A DNA stretch of 64,000 nt from Nymphaea colorata (taxonomy: Eukaryota): assembly GCF_008831285.2 (NCBI RefSeq), contig NC_045138.2:28706001-28770000 (forward strand), read 5' to 3'. This document shows, piece by piece, positions 32,012-46,516 of this stretch (the first letter of the stretch is position 1; each line of letters opens with the position of its first letter). Under the pieces are notes generated by a model. The model was not told the origin of the DNA. It ran no database searches and was given only the letters and a program-made list of their open reading frames with translations. The position numbers and the translations under genes were made by a program.

Positions 32012-32430
32012 CTAGAGCTGCACAAGGAGTCGAGTCAACTTGGGCTTGAATCAAACTCGTTCTCTCGGCTCTTCATAAACGAGACGAGTTCGAGCTTATA
32101 AAGATACTCGAAATGATAAACGAGTTCGAGTTTCAGGAACTTGATTCGTTTATACTCTACTCGACTTGTAAATCTATACTCTATATAATACTACCAAAGC
32201 TGGTTCATCAGTTTTAACTTTTAGAGTGAAAACAAATTTTCACAAGTTGAACGAGTTATATGAGTTAACGCTTACACGAGTTAATGCCTAAACAAGTTAA
32301 ATGGGTAGAACGAATCGAGTTCTAACTCGATTTTGTATAGTCGAGTCGATCTCGAGCTTGCTATAAGGAGCTCGACCCGAGTTTGAGCCGAGCTTAAGGT
32401 TGAGTTTTTTCTGTGGCTATCACTCCCCTA
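32012..32430. mobile_element. hAT-like MITE remnant
   Basis: Begins TAGAGCTGCAC, ends CACTCCCCTA; subterminal CGAGT/CTCGAG motif arrays. TSD not evident. Confidence 0.45.
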
Positions 32431-32781
32431 AATGACCCAATTTTTTTTATGTTATTTAACACTTCTAGCCAGTGTCGCTTGTAGGATTTTCTGTATTTTT
32501 ATCTGATATATGCTCAATGTTCTTTTAAATGTTATTTCTTTACTGTGGTCTGTAAAGTTTCAACTATCCATTGGAACTTGGTAACGTTGATCTCGCTCTC
32601 TGTTTCTCTCTCTCTCCACCTCCTCCTCCTCTTGCTTTTGTTCTCGTTTTGTTTCTGTTCTTCACGTTTCTTTGTTCTTGTTTTCTTTGCTATTTTTTCT
32701 CCTATGTCACCTTTATTTTATTTTTTTGTCTTTGTAAATTGGTGATGCCTTATTACCAGATTTTGTTTTTTAATGAATTTC

Positions 32782-32816
<35 letters not shown>

Positions 32817-34227
32817 GCCTCATGCATGGGGTTCTTTTGTATTTACCTCGTTTGTAAATTTCTTGGTGCAATTGATTTTCTATTTTGTCGGCAGTCCCTC
32901 CCTCTAAATTTTGATAGCTTTCCAGAATTTTGATTGTTAGTCCAACTCAAGAACGCTGATTGGTAGATGAGGTTCTCGATTCTCAAACATTAACTCTTCA
33001 TAATAATGGTGACATCTCCTTAGTGTTTGGTATCTCTTTTTGACTTCGCTGCTAAACCTCTACATCATGAATAATTGCGTAGGTGTAAAAGCGAGGCCAA
33101 TAAGAAAATAGATCCGCCAGCCAAACCACGTGAAGATGCCGGACATATATGTAACATGCACCTTTACCAGATAGAAATTTTTCAAATCAAGATTAGTAGG
33201 GGACATATATGTGGTTGGTCTCCACGGATTTCTAAAAAAAAAATTAGAATTATGAAAAGGTCTTGGTCTAGATTCTATAAAACCCTCTCATCCCAAGTTC
33301 TTCCAATGAAATGCAGTAACTGGAGGTCTAGTGTTTGGTATCCTAGGAACAGCGAGAACAAACACGGCCTCGAAAGGGCCTGATTTTTAATGCCCAAGTC
33401 CATTCTTCCTTGCCGTGTCTCGTGTTTGATTTATCTGTTGATCAGCGGAACATAGGTGGACCTTCTCACCCATTTTGCAAGTTATCAAACGCAGAAGATG
33501 TTTGGATTTTGTGACATATTCATGGAATACTGCATCTCAAAGAAGGCCGTGTTCCTGTTACCAATGCCTTGTAAAACGCAGCAAGCCATACCTGAAATGA
33601 TGGAAAGAACAAATGCCTGTGCTGAATTCAGCTGACCCACTTATATCTGCATAATTTGGTTATATGTGTGTGTGTATGAAAATTGTTCTTCACAATGCAT
33701 TTTTGTTAAATCCCACCTTCAGCACATGAGAAGAACATACTTGGATGTATTTTAAACCTCTCTATGTGTCCATGATTGAACACTAAATTACATTTCCAAT
33801 GTCCGTTTATGCTTTTTAGAGATGGAAATCAACAGATTATGTTGCCTAATCCTTTCAATGAAGGTTCAAAGTATTTCTTGCAATGAAATCTAGTGCATAT
33901 TCATAAGCCAATAGACTAACAAATATGAGACTTAGCAAAAAATGGGTCATGAGAAGTCCATCTCTAAGGCCGGGCAGTGGGCTGGGCCAGGCCTGACCAA
34001 GGCTTGAAAAAGTGGGGCTCAGGCTGGCCCAAAACCTTTGGCACCAGCCGAAGCCTGGCCTACTTAGTTATTAGGTTGGGCCTGACTATCAACTTCATAC
34101 CTGTCGGATACCCGGTTAGGATTTGAAATTCTTAACATTTCATTTTTTTAATATCTAGAAACATAAGTCAATGTATTAAGTGTTTTTAAGAGAGCTAACA
34201 GTGGTACACAAAAAGTTTTTGAGGGAG

Positions 34228-34258
<31 letters not shown>

Positions 34259-35075
34259 ACATATAATTTAATTAAACATTTTTAGTTATTTGTTTTTCAA
34301 ATAACAACCATGTATGTATTTCGTGTGAGGAGGGGAATCTACCACCTAATAAAGAGCCAAATCTCCCACTCAACATTTTGTTTTCTTAAGGTATAAGGCT
34401 TGAGTTTGGTGTTTCGGGTTGTTACCTCTTGGCTGCGTTTCAACTTGGGCATGGATGAAATGAAAACCCACCGCGCATTAGCCTCCACTCCAAGCTGTTG
34501 TGCTACCTTCTTGGGTATATATATATATATACGTCTACTTGGTAAAGTCCCCTCTTTGTTCTATAGAGCGTATTCATGAAACAGCTTGGCCAAACAGCTC
34601 CTTTTCTTTTAGTCAACCATTTTCAACCTAAAACCTGAACCTTCTTGGGGCAGAGACAGAATCTCTTGTATACCCCTGCAACTTCAGCATGTACGAAAAC
34701 GAGCCTCGTAGCAATTGAACCATGATTCTATGCGACTCTGCATGACATAGTAACCTTGAGCCCTCCAGAGAACCAAAATAAACTAGGAGAAAAGTCGACG
34801 ACAAAAGTTAGACATCATTTCTGGTGATCTTATTACATGTATAAATTACATTTCATTTCCTTCATTTGGGATCGACGACCAAAAAATTTCAACTTATTAC
34901 CAATATTACACATACAAAAAGCTCGTTAAAAAAATGAATGTAACTGAATCATTAGACCCTTTGGATTCTAGCTGCAAAGGGGTCAGCCCACACTATCTTC
35001 TTTTCATGTATTTATGTACAATACAACTTCCTCCACGAATTGGTTGGTAGAAATGTCGAACTCCTTGCTATTTGT

Positions 35076-38000
35076 TCATCTCATCTGGAAATTAAATTTC
35101 CTGATGCAGTAAGCAAACATTGCTGCAAAGAAGACTGTGAAACCAACCAGAACTCCGGCCACTGGTCCCATAAAGTCAGGGTTATAGCCGTAGCGCTCTT
35201 TGACAAAGGTGCTAATCGGCTTAAAACCTTCTCCAATAACTAGAATTTCTTCATCCAAATCTCCATACTGTGAGACAATAAGTCCGTAAACCGTCCAAGC
35301 CACTGGGCAGATCCAGTAGTACCAAACCCACCACTTTGGAATTCTCTGCATATGCCACCGAAAAGAAGCCATTAGTTACTGAATAAAACCTCCAAAAAAA
35401 GTTAATCTCGAGTACCAAACTTTCCTTGCCTTACGTGCATGTGTGCGCGTGTAGGCAGGCTAGTCTACCAGATCAGACTTTTTATCACTTGGCAGAGAAA
35501 GACTTACTGGTCTTGGGATGAAGAAGCCTGAAAACAAATTGAAGATGGAGTAAAATGCAGCGGCAAATATCGCAGCAATCTCATGGTTTGGAGTCATTGC
35601 AACGGTCATCATCCCGTAGTAGGTGAAGTAGAGGAAAGTGAAAAGGGTGATGAAGAAGAACCAGAAGAACTTCACTGCCGTCCACTGAAAACTCATCATA
35701 CTATACACTACCACTGTGTAATATACAGCCTGAAATAGTGCATATGGTATCTCCACAACTACCTGCATTTAACAAAACACAGAACTTAGTGATGAAATTC
35801 ACAGCTCAGCACACACCTTACCGCACAGAACTTTTCTGATGACCTACCTGAGACAAAGCATATGGCAGAGGAGCGTACATCCCTGCAGCTCTTTCTCTGT
35901 AAAACACAGTCCGCTCTACATCAATGACAGGTTGCACAGAGGAGCTGTTATTGATACCAACAAAAAGCACTGCCCCGGACATAGCTCCAATTATGATAAA
36001 CAGATCATTTGAGGTCTTTCTGTTGCAACAGAAGAATTTGTTAGACATAGTTATGAATATTTGGTCGATTGGATGATGTCGCTGGACACCTTGCATGGGA
36101 TGTAATTCATTTTTTTTTTAATAAGTGGGACACACCTATCCTTCCCGACACCCCAGAAGATGGTACCAAGTAGCAGGGCAGCAACAAGAGCATAAACATA
36201 TCTAACGAAGTTGTACTCCGGGCTCCTCCAGTATGTCAACCATAGCTTCCACAAGCATGTCTTAAACTGCCCAGTGTTTGACTGTGAGTATTGTCTTGGG
36301 AAATATAGATCTTTTGATCCCTCTGAAGGAACACTCAGTTCTTTCACTAGAGAATTAGTACGCCTGCAAAGCAAATAATAATGAACTTCAGTACAATCAA
36401 CATCAGCAGGGCATCTCTGTAGGTCATAAATTGCTGGTGTTTAGCATGTATTATATACAAGTTCGACTTACTGGCACAGAGATGATGATCTGTAATATTC
36501 AGCAAAATCCATTTGAAGACGAACTTCAGCAGCAATTGACGTAGCTTCTAGCATCCAGGTGGCTGGATTGTATTTGTCTTTTATTTTTGGTACGCCAGGA
36601 ATCTCCTGTCGAAGTTGAACCAAAAGGTCACCATATGCCTCAACTTGTAACAGTCTTCAAGCAATGAAAAACCTAGATTTTGGCACTAAATGTAGAATTG
36701 TTGTCAACATTATTTTAGAGAGATAAGGTGGCACCATAAAAGGGGTCACCATCAAGGGCATTTCATCCGTCAGTCTTGAATTTCAATCTTCAACACAATT
36801 AGGATGTTTCTTTCGATTTAATGATTCCTGTACCAATTTGGGAGCCTCTTCTACGAGAGCAACAGAGAGGAAATTTACCAACTACCAATCACTTATAATA
36901 TTTCAGTTTTCACATAATTCTGACCTCAAAATACTCGATGATCTTCTGAGAGTTTGTGCCTAGTGGTCCTGCATAGATTACCTGCCCTCCTCTCTTCATC
37001 AGTAGCAACTGTCAGTGACAGAAACAACAAACATCAATCCATGCATCTAGAGTTTCATAACAGTAAACTCATATTTGTATCTGCTGATGAAATAAATATT
37101 CTTACAGTGCGATTGCTAGCACATACCTCATCAAAAGCTTCAAAAATATCAATACTGGGTTGATGGATGGTACAGACAACTGTTCTTCCTGTATCAACTG
37201 TGTTCCTTACAGTTCTCATGACAATTGCAGCAGCTCTGGCGTCTAAACCTGAAGTTGGCTCATCCATGAAGATGATTGAAGGATTAGCAACTAGCTCAAC
37301 AGCAATGGTTAAACGCTTTCGTTGTTCTGTCGATAATCCAGTGACACCAGGTACCCCGACCAGGGCATCTTTCAGATTTTCCAGCTCTACCAGTTCCATT
37401 ACTTCATTCACAAACGCCTGCAAATTGTCATAGTCATTTCAATTAATTTGCAAGTTACAGATTTGAAAAAAAATGCTGCAATGGAGCCACCAGCCTCTGT
37501 TCTTGGCTAGATATTTTAAATAACACTTCTACAGCAAGAATTTTCTTCAAGAGTGAAACGGGAGATTGCTTAGCAGCAATAGCATGTACTGCTATAAAGC
37601 CTCCAGTAGAAAAGGCTTCTCCATATGGCCGTTTATCCTTCCTCTGAGTCACTTTTATACGAGGAAACATTGTTTAAAGTCTTAACTTTTAAGAAAATAC
37701 AGAAACATTGAAAGAATAGGCAGAAAACCCTCACCATTTTTTCGTTATCACCGACTTCTGGAGGCAAACGGAGAAAGGCAGAGTAGATCAAAGATTCCTT
37801 AACAGTGACTTGGGGTGAATGGATGTCTGTCTGCTCACAATAGCCAGAAATTCTCGCAAAAGTCCCCTGGTTCTTGGGGTATCCAGAAATTCTTATGTCA
37901 CCTTCAATATATCCTCCTGTTTTCCTGCCAGCAAGGACATCCATCAGTGTTGTCTTCCCCGCTCCACTCACTCCCATCAGCGCAGTGAGGACTCCAGGCC

Positions 38001-41000
38001 TGAATGCACCAGTTACTTCTCTTAGCAACTGCAATTTGTCTTCTATTATTCCTTGCTCTTTCATTTCCTGCATGAGGGAATCAGACCCCATTAGTAAGTC
38101 AATTTTTCTCCGTACCTGCCACCTTTGTAATACAATTGAAACAACTCGAAAATATCCTTGCAAGCCCTTACTGAATGTATAAGGGAAAAAGTTGGCCAGT
38201 AATGGTACAACAATCCTTAGGATATGGAAGACTAACCGGGGGCATGTCGACGTAGTAGTTGACATCCTTGAAAGACATGGATAGAGGTAAGAAAGGAAGA
38301 ACCATTCCTTTCTTTGGCGGCACTCCAGTTGATGCTTCCAGAACGGAATCTGCGTTTCGGTTAAAGCCGTTGGCCGCGCTGCTTATTCCTGTCATGGTAA
38401 TTTCTCCTGTTATTGAACATCATGATCAGAACCTTACGCAAAATTCTTCTGCAATCCTGACTACAAGTCTGTGCGCAATCCCCATGGCTTTGCACGTGAA
38501 TTGAAGTGATCAACTTTGGAAAATTAGCTTTCTTACTGGTATTGTTTCCATCAGATTTTGAAAGTGATCGTCGAAAAGAGTCATCGTTGGCGGTCCAGGA
38601 CGTTGATGATCTCGCTCCAACTCTATCCATGGATTCTTCATTCTCGATCTCCATCATTGCAACTTGTTCTTCAGATATCACAGCTTGTGGCTTTCCCAGG
38701 GCTGTCAAACCATTCAATCATACGTACAAACATATCAGCCATCTATCAAGATTCAAGACACCTTCTTTCATGACAAGTTTTATTTGCCAATTTCCAGAAA
38801 CTGTTCCAAATTGCATAAAAACTTCTGCTTCTTAATCTAAAGATTGCAGAGCGACATCCTATAGCTCGCTGACCGGAAATAACAGATGAGGTACCGTTCC
38901 ATGTTCAGGCCCATCTTCAGGACGCCAAAAAAAATATTGTTAAAAAAACTGGACTCAAAAACCAAGCCCAAGGGTTAAGTTATCAGAATAAAAGGAGTCT
39001 TTCAGACTTCAGATCAAGCAAAACATAAGTGCACTTTCATTTATTTATGGCTAGTTGAGGAAACTATTTTAGTACCTAGTGATTAGTTGTTCATGAATAA
39101 AAAATAAAAAATGAAGTGGTCAGGTAACTACGATCAGGTATCTTTAAGCAGGTGAAGGTTCTAGGATTTATCGCTAATGAAGTTGCTTTCACCTTGGCAG
39201 ATCAGAATTATCAATTCACCTTTACTGTTTTTCCAAAAGTTGTCACGAATTCTAGGATGGAACTAACAATTGCACACACAGAGAGACGAAGAGACGACCA
39301 AATGGAAATGCATTAGGCAACAAGCTTTAAAAAAAGTACAAAATTGCAAAAGAAAGAACGCAAAGAAGGAAGAGGGAGAAGAGAGGAGGGGAGAGGGAGA
39401 TAGATAGAGAGCATACGTTTAAGATACTGGAGAGCCAAAGTGAACAGGACGTTGAAAACGACAGCAAATGCTGCCAATGCAGCTACTCCTATCCAGTACC
39501 AGTTCTTTGCTGCGAACACATCGATATTGTTAAGTACTGCAATTCCTAAGCTCCTAACGTCATCTGCGGCCTGCAAAATTGCAAATCATTCGCCCGAAGG
39601 AATTAATTAGAACACATATGCGACTGCCACCGACATTCGAACATGTAGGTGAACGTGCAAAACAAATATGAAGTTATTATGAAAGGCGCCCTTCCTGTGC
39701 AAGATCATCTGCATATAAAACGGTTAAAAAAGTGTTACGATCCAATTCAACCATTACTGACTACGGACTAACATGTCAGAGGGCTTGGAACTGTGAACTT
39801 TATACGTGTCTGGCTTCGGTCGATTGTGATGCTTAGCTGGATGTAGATTCTGTTCCAGGCAGAAGAATTTATAGAAATATCGTCACACTGTAAATTTTGT
39901 GTTCCGCTGGGTCATAGGGTTGGACATGAAAGCTGGGCCTGGATCCTCCCACGTACAAGTACATGTACCGTGTCATTTGCAAGTTTTAAAAAGGAGAAAA
40001 TGAAAACAAAGAGAACCGTACCTTTTGGTTCATCCATCTCGGAGCAAAGAATTCATTTACTGTAATCGCATTATACGCATAGGTAAGTGGAGAGGACCAG
40101 TAACCCCAAATCCACCAACCAGGAATCTTTCCTGCAACAACCAAATGCATCCAAGTGAGTTGCATCTATCAGACGCTGAATCTTAGTCGACAGTCTAATG
40201 GCTCAAGTGATGCACGGGTTCGAGTACTCCTGTGTCACTGATCTACTAGTTCATGAACTGCCAGAGACATTCGACGACTTGCTTATGAACAAGTTTAGCG
40301 TATTAGATTGAGAATTCTCAAGCGTAGCCTTCTGGGGTGGTTAAATAAGTTCACATGCATGAGGAAGGGCAGAGGACTCCGAGAAACAAAAATATCGGCA
40401 TCATAAGGTAGGAAAGCTAACCATGAGGAATTGTGAAGCCCCCAACCAAGAAGATGAGAAGAAGAACCAGTGCTCCTCCAGTGTCAGCCAGGATCATTGT
40501 CCGGCAAACCCCTGCAATGAGTCGAAACAGTCCAGAGGCCATCTGTTGCAGCATAAATATGAGCAGGAACTGCTTGAAAAACCTGAAAATTGCATTCTTG
40601 GGTTATCCTTCACGCGGAGAACCTGAGAAACTTATTGACTTTTGGTGTATGGACTCCTAAGCTTTCACCATCAAATTATATGGCTCAAGCTAGTCTTGAG
40701 GTTCACCTGCCAAATCTATTACATGGGTGCTGCAGTCAAAACAAGTGCTTCTTTTGACACGGTAGGCTTATGCGGGTGGGTAGTCTGGCTCTTTGGCACC
40801 TTGGAACAGAATGTCACCATTTACCAGTAACTTAAGAGGACAGACCCTACAACCTAGGAAGATTTAGAAAAAGTATGACAACTGTATGAGCATACGGGTG
40901 TTGTTCCTGAATGATTGCAAGAGCATAAGAGTCCAGATTTTGTGGTTCCTATATAAGACACCAAACTCTCACTATTGAGAAATAGAATTCTTTGGAGGAA

Positions 41001-44000
41001 CCGTGACTCCTATGCCGTGGTAACTGAGGCAAATCATCCATAAGAATTGCGATCGACTTCCTCGCTGAGGACGGATCGTCATTCCTGATTTATTCTGGCT
41101 GTCATTTTCTAAGTCTCGTGATTCCCACGGTCAGGAAGTTATTCCATCTACGGTGCCGCTACGTATTCCTCACTGGTAGTTGTCAGCCTCTTGACATATT
41201 TGTATTCTTCAAACTGACAACCTAATAAGTTACTATTCTACATGTAAGTTAAATGTGGATGGAGAACCCGGTTTAGACAGAAGCGGCAGGAGCCATGATT
41301 TACCTGCTGGCTTCTGGCGCAAAGCCAATTGTGTAGTATGTCACCCCCATCCAAGCAGTCGTCTCAAATAAGGAAATAGGGATTTTCAGGAGCATGTTGG
41401 GAACAGTAAATATCCAAGCAGGGTAAAAGAGGAGGTCCCTCTGCTTGAAGAAGACAGGAAGTCTTATGATGGTCATAGGTAGCTCTGCCAACCCGTTGAA
41501 CATATTGATGATGACAGAGAAGATCAGGGCACCAACATATACACCAGCATCAGCCTCAGTTTTCGTGTGCATATTGGTCCTCAGAAAAACTGTCCCTCCA
41601 ACCAACGCGATGATAACAATCTAGAATGCAGAAGACTTAAACTCAGGTACTGAAAGGAACCAGAACGCAAGGAATTCGATTGGGATTTAGCTGAAGGATT
41701 ACCTGAACGGTCTTGAAGATGTACACAAAAGAGTTGCGCTTGATCAAGAGCCATTCTTTAGCAAATGAAGCTTTGAACAAGTCCCATCTCGGGACAGAGT
41801 CCTTGGTGAAGACTAGAGCCGCTTTGTGGCACCTGTCTCGATCATAGGGCACAGAAAGTTCATCGTCTAGGAGTTGGCCAACACGGAACTTCTTGAAACG
41901 TTGAACAAATTCAGATACGGAGACATATCGATACGGTTTCTGCTTGTTTGCCCAGTATTGCTCCTGATCTTTCTTAGAAGTAACCTGTTTTTGCATCAAC
42001 CAGCAATGGTCAGAGAGAAAAAGCAGTACCATTACCATGTTTGAGTTGCGCTTTCTACTTAGAATAAAGATTTATTCGTGTAGCTTATAGTATCGTGATA
42101 TCTTATCATGACAAACTCGACTTTAGCCTTACTAGACTTAGCTGATACAACAATCTTCAGCGACACTCTTCATTGTTTCAAGGGCATCACCGAGTGTTTT
42201 TTGCTGGTAAAACAATCTAGTCTTATTGAAATCAATATCTCATAAAGATGCGTTGACTGTGCAGGTCATAGCACAGTGCCGTCGGGAACCAAATTATGTT
42301 TCAGTAGTACAGGTCTAACTAGGGCAACTGCCAGTCTTTCCTATCTTCAGTCAAAACAGTACTATAATACAAACCTCTTAACTGTGATAAAGATAAGTGT
42401 ATAGGACTCGGACAATTTCATAGAACGCATTCATTACCTCTTGCAGAAAGTCTGCAGTTCCTTTCCTATCAGGACATTTGAATCCGCAGCTCCCAAAGAA
42501 CTCCAAAACATGAGTTCGTGGCCCCTGATAGACGATCTGCCCCTCCGAGAGCAAAATTACATCGTCGAATAGCTCAAATGTTTCAGGTGCAGGCTGGAGG
42601 AGCGACATTAATACTGTGCCCTCTGTAAGATGAACAATCTGTTGCAAGCATTTCACTATCTGGTATGTGGTAGAGCTGTCCAAGCCCGTCGATATCTCAT
42701 CCATGAACAAAGTCTTTGTTGGTCCAACAATCATCTCACCTGCGTTCATTTGTGCGAATATGCTCAGTTGAGACGAGACAGATAACAAGAACTTCAAAAC
42801 TTTAAAAGTCGATCTGACTAACGCCACATTATTTAGATCCCCGCGAGCAGAATCCAAATTTTATGTACCAAATGCTTGAACTGACTCTGTTCAAGAACGG
42901 GATCTCAAACGGTCAAACAGGTCCAAATCAGTTCATGGAGCAGACAAATAAAAAAATTTACCTTCAAGACGCGCAATACTGAACTATTATGATATACAAT
43001 CAAGCGCTTGGTAGTAGTACCTTATAACCTAGTCCATTATGCGCCCAACCCATGTCAAATCCAATGGGGTCCATGTTTTTTGATAAAGGACAACCAATAA
43101 TTGGAATTCATCTGGGCGTCGGATGATCTCGATTAGTACATGAAGCAGGTACGGCTGATGATGAAAATTCATACTATCTGAACTAGAATTAAGAACCGAA
43201 ATGTTTGACGAGCTGGGTTTTTGGACCAGGTCTGACCTATTAATAGGAGCTTGATCTAGATTGTGTATTCCGGAACGGTTACAATGCCCAAACGTGGTAT
43301 CGTAACTCAGAATAGGATTTCAAATTAGATAGTTACAATCTGGTATAATATACCTATTGCAGGAGGCTACAAGTTGGCTTTAGAGGAGCTATTCTCTGCC
43401 AATCTTGAGTAGGCTTGGGTCATCTGATGTTGGACAACAGACAGGATAAAAAACCAAAGAGCATATATGATCTGCATGTAAAACGGATCAACCCAAGCCT
43501 GACCCAAGTGATATGCGGAGTAGTTGGACTGGGAGTATGATCTGCAGTAGGTACTAATATGTAAGTCTTTGTAACAATATGTCATAAGCGTAGGATTAGG
43601 AGACAAGATCTTCTTTAGCCATCAGACTTGAGCCAAGGATTTTACATACAATTTTTAGCATATCGCAAATGCACCTTAAATTATATCGCTAGACGCTCGG
43701 AGTCATTTTTCTTGATAAAATGTAATTCAGTTCAAGTGCTGTAACCTGACTAATAATTATTTGGAGCATCGAGACAAAAAAAAAAGGCCTTAATTTGACA
43801 TGAACGTCGTGCATTTAAATCAGATGGTTGATCGGATCCAGGTACTTTTCTGTAACTTCTGTATTAAAATCAGTGTGCTTATGTTCATATATCCATGTAT
43901 CGATATGTCCGTGTACCTTTATATTAAATCAGAGTGAGGTGCTGAAAGTCCTAAGAGCGGTTAGACTTTAGGAAGAGCAACGTTAGACTGCTAGAAGAGA

Positions 44001-46470
44001 AGGCGTTGGAAGAATACCAGTAGTAACTCTTTTCTTCTGCCCACCGGAAATTCCTCTGTGCATGGCATCTCCGACCAGAATGTCTCTGCAGATCTCCAAT
44101 CCAAGAATCTGTTTCGAAATCCATAACCAAGTTGAGTTTATTTTAATAATGGGTGCCCCAAAATATGGAAGTTTAGTTGTATGGAAATTGGGAACTATTT
44201 TTCTTCCCATCAATGACACTGCACGTGCTGATTTTCTAAAAGTTGTAGAGAGGAGAACAATTCCAGAGAGCCCCTATCACTTACTTTTATGGTGTAGTCT
44301 GTTTGAAGGGAGCTCTCCACCCCTTTAATCGCAGTGGCCTAAGTCAAGTAAAAACAAGTAGCAAAATTAGTTTTGTTAGCATGAATGCTAAATATTTATA
44401 TTACAAAAAGACTAGGGACGGGGAAAGTTTACAGTATGATGACTTATATGCACTTAACCATTTTAAGCAAGCATGCATGCAAGTTGCAGCAAAAAATTAA
44501 GCCTGGTTTATGTCAAAGGATGCACTCTGAGTATTGAAACTCTTGATCTCTCTAATCCAATCAACGATCCAGTCCTACTTTGAGGATATTAATTATTTGG
44601 CTCGAACAAAATTTACTTTTGTCTGGTTTAAATCAATGAATTTTCGACTTCAAACCGATCCCATTTCTGATTAACTAATAAAGGAACCTTTCGTATACAG
44701 AACACCAGAAACAGCCTACTTTCAGGTTTCAGCTCTCTTCACCCTCACTTGTGTAGCTTTGACTCCACTCCCTAAAATATTAAAAGATAAATTTGCTCGA
44801 TTAACATTTTCCCTCGTGCCTCCGTTCCTTCTCTTTCTCCATGCTGTTTTTTTCTGGGCAAAGATAAGAAAACTCAACCTAATTTTGTAGAAAAGAAGGA
44901 CGAATTTGCTAGTTTGAAAAGGGTTGATGCCTGACACTAAAAGCCAGCAAAGGCCTCGGACGCGTCATCGTCTTTAAGGCAGCACACAAGGCCAAAGCAG
45001 ACCTAGGTCAACTGCCAAATTGCATTTTGAAATAAGTGATATGTAGAATATGTAGTGGGTGTTTGTTTACATCAAATTGGAGAAACAAGGTGACCTCAGA
45101 TCACCGAAGATCTCAAATTCAAGGATTTGATGACAGCGCCAGTGCCCCGCTCCGCGCCCCACTTCACACTGGAAAGTTTTCGGCGCTTAGTCAAGAAATT
45201 TAAAAAATATGTACACATGTGCCAGATTTTGTTTGTATTTAGTTTCCTTGAATAAGGTAAACCAAAGCCTGGTCAGAGAGTCTAGGGTTGGTGGATGGAC
45301 CCGCTTATTAAGAAAGTCAAAAGGTCACTTCAAATCTCATGCCTTCAAGTCATCCCGGAAACGAAACCGAATCTAACACCTACCCCCACCAACCTCCTAA
45401 GCCGAAAGCTCACGCATTTACCGCAAACGCTCGTTGCCTTCTTTATGTCAACGCCTTACCTACTTCCGGGTACATATCCACTCATACTCTATGCATCTAT
45501 GGGGTGGTGAGGCCCGAAGTCGACGGAGGGAAAAGCCTTTCCTTCTAGCTTTGACGGAGAAAAAGAAGAAATCTTTATGATAACGTACGAGCTTATATGA
45601 TGAAAGCGTGTGCGTTTTTCTAGAAAAGAGTCCACAAGATAAGATTCAATATTAATGTCAATCGAGAAAAATTCCCGTCGAAGAAAGGTCCAATATCAAT
45701 ATCGTTCGACCTGGATAACCTCTCAAACAGTCAAACCCATTACCCTAAGCCCTTTAACGTCGGGTCGAATATGGAGATACCCTTTCTTAATAAACAATTC
45801 CCTTCCATTCAATAGTTTAGCATGCTTAAAATCATACCCATTTTTCAAAAATCTTCTTTCATCATGCAGTATTATATCGAGACGCGACGACAGGTTAAAT
45901 CACCATGGCCAGATCTCCCACCAAGAATGATTTTTCTGCTCTAGAGAAGAAAGAAGGTTCTCAAACTGGCGTAGGCTGTGTAGTCGTTTGACCAAACATT
46001 ATCTTGGGTACCAACCTTCCTTGGTGGCCAAAGAATCAAGTTTTATATTGTGAATCACGCGTTTGTCATTCCTTTGAACTACTGCTGAACCCAAACTAGC
46101 ATTAGATAGTTTGTCATGACGGAAAACAACAAATTAGGGAGATGCTTCCACAAAAACAGTCGCATGTAATTTATTACCTTCATGAAGAGGTCCAGATCTG
46201 ATTCAGGAAATATTCCTGCCTGCTTCTCCCTCGATGCCAATTCAGAAAGAAGGTCTACAGCAAGACATAGTATAAGTCGCATCTTAAAAATAAAAAACAC
46301 ACGCACACAGGAGTGCGTGCCTGCTCGATGCATGCATACATAATTATAAGTTTGTCTTTCCAATTAATTAAAGTTCACTAGGTAATAAAAAGATAGACTT
46401 ACATATCTAAATTGCCCAATAATTTCTCTCCCTCTCCCCCTCTCTCTCTCTCTCTCTCACACACACACGC

Positions 46471-46516
<46 letters not shown>

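Noticed and set aside
32545..32933. Hydrophobic 66- and 120-aa ORFs
   Set aside because: Products of T/C-rich low-complexity sequence with non-ATG starts.
43629..43641. TGAGCCAAGGAT resembling the 5' half of miR169
   Set aside because: Only 12 nt match and no complementary arm nearby.
45970..46030. Possible degenerate duplicate of ABCG exon 6 (ATxxG...DYT-like)
   Set aside because: Similarity too weak, no splice sites; the true exon is at 44338-44285.
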